Shown here in pieces: positions 1 to 12,100 of a stretch of DNA of 39,553 nucleotides (its first letter is position 1; each line of letters begins with the position of its first letter). The notes under the pieces are model-generated. The model ran no database searches, had not been told where the DNA came from, and saw only the letters and a list, made by a program, of their open reading frames with translations. Source of the stretch: Nemertoderma westbladi (Eukaryota > Animalia > Xenacoelomorpha). The translations under genes and the position numbers were made by a program. The stretch is taken from the NCBI GenBank assembly GCA_032718475.1, contig JAUCBJ010003825.1:1-39553 (forward strand), read 5' to 3'.

Positions 1-197
1 AGAGCGGCTTTGGAATTTTTGTGCTTTTCTGTTTTAGCCTTACACTAGTAGGCTTAATTATAAGGACATATATCCGTTATCAATCCAAAACTGACTGATT
101 GTCACAACTCATGCAACTCAACATACCTAATCAAACATACCTGTGCATACTTTTATATTGTTATACTGCTATTCAGTGTTCAGTTTCTTCATAATAT

Positions 198-402
198 GGT
201 TGATGAATTATTATATTTGGAATAACGATAAATAACCCCGAAACCCAATATTCTTGATATACCGAAGGTAAGAGGTTTATATATAGCAGGTTACATATTG
301 AGGTTGATGAATTATTATATTTGGAATAACGATAAATAACCCCGAAACCCAATATTCTTGATATACCGAAGGTAAGAGGTTTATATATAGCAGGTTACAT
401 AT
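198..402. repeat. Tandem duplication, two identical ~101-bp copies (period 104)
   Basis: 198-298 equals 302-402. Confidence 0.9.
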
Positions 403-2029
403 AACGATTGTGACTTATGTTAAAGTGGTTTGAAGTGAATCTAATGTTATTTGATAGACCCTACATGAGTCGGTCTGTGTTCCTTTTATATGTGACTAAA
501 ATCAGGGAAGATCGGCAGATTAGTGTGCAGTATTGTGCAGCATTGTGTATGAGTGAGACTGATAACGAAGCATTTCCTAAAGAATGCGCCATATATGTGA
601 ATTATAACTAAGCCATATCGTTGTGAGTAGTTTAAGTCATAACTCTGTTTATATAGATAGAGCGCCACGTCCTAAAGGAACTGTTAATATTCCCGAAGGT
701 GAATAATATTGTCAGAGATTGTATAATACTGTCAGTCGAATAATACATTAGGCTTACATAGCAATAAGATTAAGCCGTCGAACCCAATCTCCCGGGTATA
801 TCCAGCGGGTGAATGATCGCGCACAGATTGGTTTCGACTAGTGTAGTGAATCAAATACTTGTCAGAGGCTAAAAGTGATTTATTATATAGAAGACATCCT
901 AATTTGGCGGGTTAAACTGCCAAAGGTCTGAAAGCGCGAACAATATAATTACACATTTTGAAATATATGTTGATCACGAGTATACTGATACTGACTGACT
1001 GAGTCTGTAGTATTATATACTCAAGTCATGTGCCATTTTCACACCAATAGCAGTTGTTTGGGTTAGGTTGATGGGCGTTGTTTAGGTTAGGAGGTTGGGC
1101 GTAGTTTGGGTTAAGAGCTTGGGCGTTGGTTTTTACTATGAATATCATTTTAAATGATTAAATATAATTGAATTGAATTGTTTGGGTTAAGAGGTTAAGA
1201 GGGTTTTGGTTTGGGTTAGTTATTTACGGGTCCTACTAAACTCCCAAAAGAACCCAATAAAATCCAAAAGAACTCAAAAGAACCCAAAAACACCCAAAAG
1301 AACCTAAATTTGTTATAAACATTAGATTTTACCTCCAAATCTGCTGCAGATGTCCTTTTGTGCAGATTTTCTGCCACTTGTGCTTGAATCTATTCTTCGA
1401 ATTACCTAACCCAACCCGACCTAATAGAATACTGACATTCTACTGTAAGTTACTTGTTAAGTCACGCAGAAAAACTCAAACACAGTAGTGGAAGGCTACC
1501 AATAACTACAGTACTTAATGCAGGCAGACTATTAACGTATCAGCTTTACAAACTTGCAGCGTTGCAGGGCCTCTTCTACGTATACAGTAGGATAATTACT
1601 GCAAAGACTAGGGGCTGTGAGTTGGAGGGGACATCTAAATCTGAAAATAACCGATGAGTAATCGGAAAGTATTATTCCATAAAAAATGAATTCAGACATT
1701 TCGCCATCTAGCTGCAGACTGTTGAAAAGATGGCGTCAAAAGTGTCTATAAAGTCGAAACTTTTGCTCTTATCGATGCCTGCAAATTTTCAATTTGACAG
1801 CTTTAAATCCGACAAAGTTGGATCCCCGGACACCCCACTAACAGTGTCAGTTCGCAGAGGTTCTGCAAACTTCGTGGCTCGCCCCACATAAGACAAGAGT
1901 GAAAACAAATAACTCAAATTAAACAGTAGGCTACGCTACCTTATACTAAATCAGTCACAGTCTCGAGAATTACGAGATTTCGGTTTGGATACATATTGGT
2001 TATATAGTAGGCTTAGGCCTACTGTAGAT

Positions 2030-2326
2030 TTTCCATCCAAAAACATTAAACATTTATTTAGTAATACAGGGAAAGGAGCAGGTTACAAAGCCGCCATTTT
2101 CTATCCAAAACAATATACCTTTTCTTTAGCAATACATAGAAAGGAGCAGGTTACAAAGGCGGTCTTTTCTAACCAAAACAATAAACCGTTTCTTTAGCAA
2201 CACAGTGAAAGGACCAGGTTACAAAGGCGGGCTTTTCTAAGCAAAACAATAAACGTATTCTTTAGCAATACAGGGAAAGGAGCAGGTTACAGGGGCGGGC
2301 TTTTCTAACCAAAACAATAAACCTTT
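2030..2326. repeat. 68-bp tandem repeat, ~4 copies
   Basis: GAAAGGAGCAGGTTACAAAG-type core at 2071, 2139, 2207, 2275. Confidence 0.85.
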
Positions 2327-2366
2327 CCAAAGGTAGGGTAGCTCAGTTGGCTGAGCGCCGGTTATT

Positions 2367-2458
2367 TTGGCGCGGTGCAGGGAGGCTATTCTCTCTTATT
2401 GGCGCGGTGCAGGGAGGCTATTCTTTCTTATTGGCGCGGTGCAGGGAGGCTATTCTCT
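2367..2458. repeat. 32-bp tandem repeat x3
   Basis: TTGGCGCGGTGCAGGGAGGCTATT at 2367, 2399, 2431. Confidence 0.9.
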
Positions 2459-2615
2459 ATATAGACTACAGTACTAAAATTCTGAAATAATTATTAAATT
2501 CATTTTTTAGTAAATATAAATAATAGTGATAGTAAATTTAACAGTATCAGTAGGCCTCTGCGTATTGCAGTTCCGCAATATTTTTCTTTCTAGGGTTTAG
2601 GCATTATCTTTACAC

Positions 2616-2739
2616 CACTCCTTCCTTATACTGATACTGGTAATGATGGCCAAGAATATCACTCTTTCCTTATACTGATACTGGTAATGATGGCCAAGAA
2701 TATCACTCTTTCCTTATACTGATACTGGTAATGATGGCC
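2616..2739. repeat. 44-bp tandem repeat x~3
   Basis: CACTCTTTCCTTATACTGATACTGGTAATGATGGCC at 2616 (one mismatch), 2660, 2704. Confidence 0.9.
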
Positions 2740-3369
2740 TAAGAGAACAGCAGTAGTACCGGAGAACTTAAATCGTTAAATTAAAATTAAAAAACGGACA
2801 AAAAGTCTAAATAAACGGACATAATAAGTGATTTAAAAGGAAGAGAAAATTAATTCTGTAAAAAATCCCCTAGGCCCCTATAAATCTAACAAAATATGGC
2901 CTTTCCAATACCACCCACCCCCCAATGGTAGTCAGGTACGTTGGTACAGTAGGCCAATGCCATAAGGGTTGTACTACCGTTGCTATACACTAAGGGATAT
3001 GGTAGGGAGGCCTTGTAAGAATTGTGGGAGGAGTGATGCGGCGTCTGCAGTTCGTGTTCTTCCAGAAGTGTTCACTGTACCTTCGTGGCGGCCGGCGATC
3101 AAGGCACACCCTGGGATCGTCGATGGAGAGCTGACATGCGCTGATAGGACATTGCAACGCTGTGCTATAGGGGATACATACAGCAATTAGAAATTACCTA
3201 ACAAACTTTAACTATCTTTTGGGTATTAATTGGTTCTTTTGGTTTTTTTTTGGGTTCTTTTGGGAGTTTAGTATGACCGGTTATTTACAATTCTTATTTA
3301 CCCATCCACCTAATAGTGGCACTAAACAGATTCTTCGCCAACTACATGGCTCGCCCCACACCTGAAAAT

Positions 3370-3595
3370 CTGGAACTAAATTCGCTTCCATTGGAACTAA
3401 ATTCGCTTCCATTGGAACTAAGTTAGCATCCATTGGAACTAAATTCGCTTACATTGGAACTAAACTGAAATTCACTTGCATTGGAACTAAATTCGTTTTC
3501 GTTTTTATCTAGTTATTGGAACTAAATTCGCCAAAATTGGAACTAAATTCGTTTCCATTAGAACTGAATTCGCATGTGGCTTAATTTGGAACTAA
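3370..3595. repeat. ~21-bp minisatellite (TTGGAACTAAATTCGCTTCCA), ~9 degenerate copies
   Basis: Recurring TGGAACTAAATTCG core. Confidence 0.85.
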
Positions 3596-4473
3596 GTCTA
3601 CCAGTCTAACAATTAAATTTTGACTAGAGGCCGTGTTGCCGAGGGATGAGGGACCGGATGGGACTGCGGCGCCTGAATGGCGGCTTGAATGCGGGTTACC
3701 CAGCTCCTTTAAGGACGCTGTTCGCTGCTGTTTCATGGCCGTGTCTTGGAAAGGCTGTGATGGCAACAACCGGGTGCCTGAGATACATTCCGATCTTAGA
3801 ATGCCTTGATTGATTGCTCGAGAAAATACTTAGGGATCGGCGACATCGATCGTGTTCTCTGAATGTCATCATTATAGTCTTCCTGTTTATTGAGTGGCCA
3901 TTATGTAACAGATGGCATAATCTTCCCGGAGTGAGACCGGATTCTACGTTGTGTTCTGTAGAATTTGTTACGCTATTAAGCAAAAATTTTGTCACTGTGA
4001 ATGTAAAGCAACATATAAAAGTAATAACAATGGGTAATGCGATCATCATCGTGGCCCCAGGAAGGATAGCCTTTGTGTAGCTGCGATTGAGGCTGATTCC
4101 ATCATATTACATATTATATTATATTTGTTTCTAAATCAACCAGGTATTTTCTCAATCTTAGTGCAACACATGCGAATGCGTTGAATTAATTATTGGATTT
4201 ATGTATACCGCAGGGGGGGGGGGGGGGGGGGGGGGGCTTTGCGCTCAATTAGGTTATTCTGTCACATGGCTTTTCTGTATTCAAAATCGCAAAATCAATA
4301 AAAGCACAACACAAATTACAATGAAATATATGAAACAATATAAGTAATGGGGGCGCTAATAAGCAATGGCGTAAACCTCCAATGAAGGGTTGCTTGAACA
4401 TGGTGGATGACTTCTGCTACTTTTGATCATTATTGGTGTTATGGATGAATGAGTGGTTTCATATTATTATAAC

Positions 4474-4690
4474 TTTTTGTTGGGCACAGCTTTGCAAAGT
4501 CGGCAATGACGTCCAGGTGGGATCGAACTGGTGACCTCTGAGTAGGAAGTTTGACGCTCTAACCATTCAGCTAGCGGCTCAGGTAAAAGATTGACCTGGA
4601 AATACTACCTGATACCTTGTATGTCCGCAATTTACCTCCTCATGGCCTCTCATCTGTCAATACCATCATATGCTGCCACTGTGCTCAACC
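4474..4690 (-). mobile_element. Interspersed repeat with tRNA-derived (SINE-like) head, copy 1
   Basis: Minus strand TAGCTGAATGG (A box) ... GTTCGATCCC (B box) within ~4510-4581; similar to 17928-18126. Confidence 0.65.
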
Positions 4691-4722
4691 AGTACGGTAG
4701 GGTACGGTAGGGTTGAATGCGT

Positions 4723-5625
4723 TGAAGAACTTTGGATACGTAAGGAGTGGCATGGGAAGCTTTTAATGGGCTTTCCAGGATTTGAAAGACCTATAGAATA
4801 AAACGGTATCTCAAGGTTCTATTATTTATGGCAGCAGTAGTATCAGTACTCTTATATGGGAGTCCATACTACTACTTCTACTATAATCGGCCTGCTGCAT
4901 TGAAACTGCACATTAAAATGCTATGCTAGCTTAACAAAAACATTTGGTCAATACCATGCAATACACAATTGGCAAGCCCAAAGCAGCGTCAGGCTGGTCC
5001 TCACGGCGAAAACAATGTCCTGCAAAGCGGAGGCTGCTTTGTTCTAGTGTCAAGCATGGGGGAACCAATGAGACACCTCCAATGTTTTATAGTGTCTGGT
5101 TGGAGATGTGTACATTGTACTTGACACAGTATGGGAGTCCATGCTGGGCTTTAACTGCAGAGGATACCTTATCCCTTGATGGGCCCTATACAAGAATGCT
5201 ACGTCGGGTTCTTTGTGTCAAGTACAATGTACACATATCCAACCAGACACTATATAATATTGGAGGTGTCCCATTGGTCCCCCAATCTTGAGACCTGAAT
5301 AAAGCCGCCTCCGCTTTGCAGGACATTGCTTTTGCCGTGAGTATGAGTACCATCCTGCGCACAATATTGTGCTTTGGCAGCCCCATGGACAAAATATACA
5401 AGGTTTAAAGGACGCGGGCCTTGAATATCGGATAATCTAACAAATGTCATGGGTGATAGGGAGTTGTGGCGGCGCAATTTATCTACAAGCCGGCATTCCA
5501 TTATTAATGCGATTTACATCACAGCTAACCAATTGTAGATTGCATGGCGGTGACACAATTATTTTGTTAAGCCATCGTAGTATCTTATTAATGTTCAGCT
5601 ACAATGCAACAGGCCGATTATAGAT
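4723..5625 (+). mobile_element. Degenerate 3' fragment of RTE-type LINE, host of a nested copy
   Basis: YGSPCWALTAEDTLSLDGPYTRMLRRVLCVKYN matches the C-terminus of the RT ORF at 33039-34067. Confidence 0.85.
4868..5129 (-). mobile_element. Nested 5'-truncated RTE LINE 3' end with (TAG)n tail and 13-bp TSD
   Basis: ACTACTACT tail at 4868; TATGGGAGTCCAT at 4855-4867 and 5130-5142. Confidence 0.85.
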
Positions 5626-5947
5626 AGATATATATTAGATTTGAGGTCTTGCTTTGATACCCACTGTGATAGAAAAATATATCTAGATGATTTGCTCAAT
5701 GATTTAAATTAATTTATAATTAAAGGGAATCCGAAAATCTATTACTGCACAGGAGTCACGAGTAAGTACACCATACTTAAATTCAAATAAGTAACAAATA
5801 TACCACCAATCACCAAATACCTAAGTTTGACATAGCACAAAGACTAGAATCGGTATGATTGGGTAGAGATATTGATTGATAATCAGTTTAAATCATTGTA
5901 AATGATTGGCTCATCGTCGGCAACTTCGATTACTACAATTTAACAGT

Positions 5948-6111
5948 TTATTGATCACATGGCGTGTCACAGGTGCACGTAAGAGGCACATCAATGGTTT
6001 GCAAGGTGTCGTACTTTCGGGATTGGAGGTGTTGTTGGTGAGCCATAGTGTGCATCCATTGGTTGTATGTGTTAGAATTGTAAGTGACAGCTGGTTCACA
6101 GAAGAATCCAA
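5948..6111 (-). CDS. vtg: vtg exon 22 (last coding exon)
   Basis: GFFCEP...VPLTCTCDTPCDQ*; CAG acceptor; TAA stop overlaps an AATAAA. Confidence 0.88.
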
Positions 6112-9100
6112 CTGAAAGACAATGATTATTAATCATTAGTCATGTATTATTATATTTTATGAAGAATATCCTTTATCTTTAAATTATCCACCCCCCTTGT
6201 AAAGTACGAATTTTGCGTAGTTTAATGTCCGTATATGCGGACAATATAAGTAAATGCATTTTTTCCAATAAAAAAAATAATATATAAATAAATAATATGC
6301 AAAATATGCTTTTACTATTCTTCGAAAATGTTGATTAAAAGGTCGAACTAAAAAATGTTACTTTCTATTTATAAAATAAATTGTTATTTCTTACAGAGAC
6401 CACTGGAACCAGAAGGAGTAGAGTGAGACACAACATATTAATAACTATTTACTTTGTTTAAGAGCACGGCATACAAGTGATCTAGATTCCATAATGATAA
6501 GCGCAATAATTATTGATCATTTTAAGGTTCAAATATATTAAAATTTTCCGAAATACCTACAATATGATGGTAGAAAAGTTATGTTGTAAAAAGTTATTGC
6601 ATAAATTAGTGTTGTAAGAGTCATATTGTGTAGGCCTACTTACTTTCAACATTGACTAATTCAGCAGCCTCACATCCCTGACGGCAGGTGAGTAAAGGCA
6701 TAGCAGAGAAGCACTGATGGTTGATATTACCAATAGTTAGATCGCTAAGTAATTCTTTGTGGACGATCTCTAGATCGCAACCATTCTCACAACCCTTAAC
6801 GAGCCAAGAGTGGACGAAAGCGGTAGGTTCATGAACGATCAGTTGGTTGGGAAGAGTCATGTCATCTTCCTGGATTCCATTCCAGTTGCCAAGTATACCA
6901 CATAGAGAGGAGTGAAACATGGGGGCAACCTGAAAACAATGAGAATAGCTAAATATTGAACAATTTGTGAATTGAACAACGACCAATGATAGTGATTTCT
7001 ACTTTCATTTTATGTATCGTGTCTCGTGTCATTATATAAACTATCCTGACCTTGTAAACTACATTGACACTCTTGTATTTCGGGAAGCTAAGACAATCAT
7101 AGACGTGATGTTTATCAATACTAAACTTACTTTAAATGTGACAGTCTGCATAGCTTCCGGTTGATATTTAACCAGGATTCCGATAGTTGGTAGTGTGACG
7201 GTTATTGCGGTGCCTTCCTTAACGATTTTGCCCATAACATTTGGGAGGGTGAACTCATCAGTAAAGCTGATAGGTTGATCATTGACCTGGACTGTCAACT
7301 GGGGCAACAAGTTTATGTACCTAAAAGGCAGATCAAATACAAAATAAAAATATATTATTTTATCACCAAAATAACATGAATGAGTAATTCATGAATAATG
7401 TACAAAAACAACAAAATTAGCATTGATGTATTCCTGGGTTCATTTACCGCAAATATTCTCTCCAGCCTCGTTCAGAGGCAGGGTTGATAGTTTGTACCTT
7501 GAGGAAAGTGCCTCATCCTAGTGAATACACCCCTCCTCGTCAAAGTTTCAATTTTTTTCTTCTTCAGCAGAAATTCATGAGAATTTCAAATCTTAAAACC
7601 GCATAGAGAGATCTGTTTTAGTTCCCGAGAAATCGCTGTTTTTCTGCATGACGGGGTCTGTCCGTCAAAATTTTTAAACAGACAGACATCCGACAGCCAG
7701 GCTAGATTCAACCAAACATTAAAACCGACATCGGAAATGATATCAGCGACCCCGAAAACCCCTGTTATTTAAATTTTGGCTCGGTGGTGTGCTTCCTTTC
7801 TGCCAACGATTCCATTTTCATTCCAACTTTTTGCCAATGATTAACCAACCAGACTCCAGACATTTTTGCGCGGGATGTTTTAAACTTTGATGTCTTCAAT
7901 ATGACCCCACCCATCGATTTTTATCTTGTCAACCTATCTGAATGAAAGAAACGGGGTTGGAAATGCCGACTGGAACTGAAGCATTGAAGAAATACTGATA
8001 GACGATACGATAGACCTGGGGTTTTCGAGCATGTCTGTTTGTTTGCAAAGCTCAATAAGTGCATGGAAGATGGGGCCATCTAAGTTAGTGCCACATAAAC
8101 AATGCACCTATGGTGACCAGATTGGTGCTCCGACGCGTAGTCAAGATACCACTCAAATTGTTCAGCAGACAAACGAAAGCCTAGAGTATATGACACGAAG
8201 GAAGAACATTAGCCAATCAGATGATTCTGGGACTTGGTATTCACGATCGTATTCGACTTTTTCCACGAACGTATTCGACCTATGTCCAATGGGCTCCATT
8301 TATAATTGTATTATGACAGTATTGAATTATTTATTCATTCCAGATATATTCCGTTACTTTTCTCCAATTCTGGAAATTATACTTATTGTATTAATTTAGG
8401 TCGTATCTATAACATACATAACATACCCACTAATAGTTACAGAAATTATAATAATATAATAATTTCTCACGTGTCTTCGATGCGGATTTCCAGGGCTTGT
8501 TTATGAGATACTTCATTGGGGCGATGGATTAAAACAGCGAACTGGGGTTGGGATGTGCATTCTTTGGTAAGAACAAACTTGCATTTAGGTGGAAGTTCCA
8601 AGGGTAATCGAAGACCATCGAATGTTTCAACGGAATTCCTCAGAACCTTTCCAATAGCTTTTGGGGAACAACAATTTACAATAGTTATTTATAATAAAAC
8701 TATTCGTGTTGTATCAACTAATTGCTTTTCATTAACCATTACTACTATTTTGTTTTTATATTAATTAAACTGCTAATGTAAATCTCATTAACATTTGCCA
8801 GTGAAAGTCATCTGTTCTGAGTTATCAATAATATACAAAAAAATAAAATGGCCAAAGTCTATTCACAATAAAGACAGTTTAGGCTAAGCCATGTCATAAT
8901 GTGATTATTATCAATGATGTATTGTTCACATAAAATAATTCTTTGTAAACTTACTCTGAAGTTTCTGAGTATGAAATTGGATCAGTCTGTTCCAATAGTT
9001 CCATGATGTAATAGGTTCCTCAGTTAGAAGTTGCTCCGTCAATACATTGGTGTTAAACAATTCCATCAAGAAATTATCATTGAAAAAGAATGGCATATTG

Positions 9101-12100
9101 AATGGTAGTTCGATATCACGTTTCAGTGCTGTCTTATCTGATAGGTTGATTCTTACATCAAAGGTTCGGGGTGAGGTGAAGTGGACTGTTGTTTCCATTT
9201 TCTCATTGTTTGTAGCTATCATGGTTGTGAAATAACGTTCCAGTACATAGTAAAATGTGTAGGTGTACCTGAGAGAAAATTTAAAATATACATTAAGGTT
9301 TCGATTTCTGTAATCTACGAAAAATTTTAACCTTGTTTCAATAAAAAAAAATTTTGATAAAAAAAATGTTCTAATAAATAGAACAAGACTCATTCTATAT
9401 ACATTACATGTACAAACACAAATTGTTAATTAATACTTAAGGCTTCTCTCCTTAGGGGTTGTTTTATCAAATCTAAATTTGCGACTAAATATTATAATAA
9501 ATAAACTATTAATACAAATAATAATTAATATTCTAGAATAAAGATCTACATTACATAAACATATCGATATTGAATCAATTACCTTTTCATATATGTTGGG
9601 AAATCGAAATTTTTCTCAGTCTCAATCTTTAGAGTTTTCGTCGACGGAAGAACCATAATTTCGGAGATAACTTTATGTTGGCAGGTATTTCCAAAAGCAA
9701 AGGTTAATGTGAACTTTGTGTTCGGTTCAATAACGTTAAGTGTCAGACATTTCTTAGTGAAAGTTGTAGTATCTGTAATAAGTCATTAAGAAAATGGTAA
9801 TGTGGTGAAGTTTTTTCGAAAGTTCCAGTTTCCAGTTTTAATTATGTGAACAATAAATATTATTTCGGTCATGTATTCTGAATTATTACTTCCATGGAGT
9901 GCATTAAATATTATTACTATAATCTATTGTACTTACAGGTGGTAAGGGGGGCCAGTTCCATTTCAAATCCCTCGCTAAGTTGTTCTGGAACTTTGAACTT
10001 CAATAAGAATCCTTTTTGCCCCGCAGAATCCTGAAGTTTCAACTTGAAGAATTCCATCGTCTTAGTTAGTTCAATAACAACCAGGCGATCAGTGGTGAAC
10101 TCAACTGAAAGTACACACCAAGGTTTAGGTGAACTCAACTGAAAGTACACACCAAGGTTTAGGTGAACTCAACTGAAAGTACACACCAAGGTTTAGGTGA
10201 ACTCAACTGAAAGTACACACCAAGGTTTAGGTGAACTCAACTGAAAGTACACACCAAGGTTTAGGTGAACTCAACTGAAAGTACACACCAAGGTTTATAA
10301 TATATTATTTAGAATAAAACAAAAGCACTACTTATGAAAAGCGAATATATAATTTCCTAATCGTTTTCAATATTTAATAATGTCATATATTTGAATGCGT
10401 TTAAGATATAAACAAATAAAATGACATTTGTGCAAAAAAATTCATATTTCACCAGTTGTTTGACTGCATAATGACTGTTGCTGTTGCAGTTCACTTTTTT
10501 CTGAAAGGGTGATTAAAATTATTGTATCGAAATGATTCACATTGATTAAAACTTTAAGTTATATTGATGTTTAACCAAAATTTCAATTTAATCAACTCAG
10601 CTAGTTTATTTGACATGTCTTAAAATGATGAAACATTGACTGACAACATTGACTGACAACAATGACTGACAACAGTGCATTTAGTTACCTGGATCAACAA
10701 ACATCTGGATATTGACGATTCCTGTCGGTTGTCTGCACATAAAGATACCATTTAGAAGAGTCCAATCAAAGGGCGCCTCACCTCGAATACCAAACTTCAC
10801 TCCCATAATTTTGACAATGTTTAGAAGATCAAAATTTGAGGTTGATTGGCTGGGGTATTCTGGATAAGTTATTTGATTGATTCCTTCCGAGGGAAACAGT
10901 CTCGAGGTTCTTCCTTCAATTTCCAAAGGTTTCTTGATGAAATGCATAAGATCATCTCTAAAATATAAAAAATATATATAAGTAAATAATTAACTACAAT
11001 GTTCAGCAACCACCACCATGTTAAATAAATAATTTAAAAACAAAAATAACTTCTATAACTTTTCTTACTTGAATTCAACGATGTTCATTTTATCTTCAGT
11101 AAGTTTGAATTCCACTCTGTATAAGTTCGTGTTGGAATGCATGTTCAGCTTGATAAGCTCAATCGGAGTAACAACAGCCAGATTGGTTTTGTGTAAAATT
11201 CCAGTGTGAACAAATTTCATATCAAATCCAAGATAAGCAAACCTCTCCGTTGCGTACCTGTAATACATAAATTAATGTAAACTAAAGCAAAAAAAAAAGG
11301 ATGCTAAAATTAACTATTTAACTTTATTAATTAACTAATTAATAAATTAACTAATTAATAAATTAACTAATTAATAAATTAACTAATTAATAAATTAACT
11401 AATTAATAAATTAACTAATTAATAAATTAACTAATTAATAAATTAACTAATTCATAAATTAACTAATTCATAAATTAACTAATTCATAAATTAACTAATT
11501 AATAAATTAACTAATTAATAAATTAACTAATTAATAAATTAACTAATTAATAAATTAACTAATTAATAAATTAACTAGTTAATAAATTAACTAATTACTG
11601 GTACCAGGAGGTCGTAATTTTATAAATCTTGACAATGACAATATTAGAGTTATAAATTGACATGTTTTTATGTTGATAAAAATATAATAGTAACTTAACG
11701 TGAATATCCTAATTGTACATGATATTTGATTATTTACAATTTATTAATTTTCAACAAGTATATGAGATAATTATATAATCCTACAAGCTGTGTAATGTGT
11801 ATCTCTGTAATTCTATACATATTCTAGAAATTTTGTCTAAAAAGCTCCCACAATTTATATGCATTCTCCATCATTATCAAAAACCATGATGAACCATACA
11901 GATACTTATTTAATTTATATATTTATAATCAATTTATCCGTGCCAGTGCCTCAGTAAATAGTGCCCCTAAAGACGTACATGTGTGTCGACATAATATTAT
12001 AATAACAATTAGTTTGTTTGTTTTCGATAACTTACAGTGGCTGAAAAACGAAGGTCTTGTTAAGATCTATTTGACGCCTCAGAAGAAGTTTCTCCAAAAT

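Larger units (their letters stand above)
1228..3279. mobile_element. Non-autonomous DNA transposon with TIRs and 9-bp TSD (Mutator- or Merlin-like)
   Basis: Left end GGGTCCTACTAAACTCCCAAAAGAACCC; right end reverse complement CGGTCATACTAAACTCCCAAAAGAACCC; GTTATTTAC at 1219-1227 and 3280-3288; no transposase ORF. Confidence 0.8.

Noticed and set aside
417-3190. Short ORFs in the first 3 kb
   Set aside because: No homology signal, and several lie within tandem arrays or the non-autonomous element.
3370-3595. CRISPR-like array of TGGAACTAAATTCG
   Set aside because: The sequence between cores is short and related, so this is a degenerate minisatellite.
3696-4080. Overlapping ORFs in a GC-richer patch; NVESGLTPG loosely resembles a 2A-like GDVESNPGP motif
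   Set aside because: No recognisable domain and the invariant NPGP is missing; probably a repeat remnant.
4510-4581. Functional tRNA gene
   Set aside because: A and B boxes are present but the acceptor and anticodon stems are poor, and it is embedded in a repeat with a second, deleted copy.
7520-8310. Possible transposon remnants or a nested ORF (8031-8399) in vtg intron 19
   Set aside because: It looks repeat-derived, but I found no convincing TIR, TSD or protein motif.
10094-10297. CRISPR-like array (34-bp repeats)
   Set aside because: Repeats are contiguous with no spacers, there are no cas genes and the context is a eukaryotic intron.
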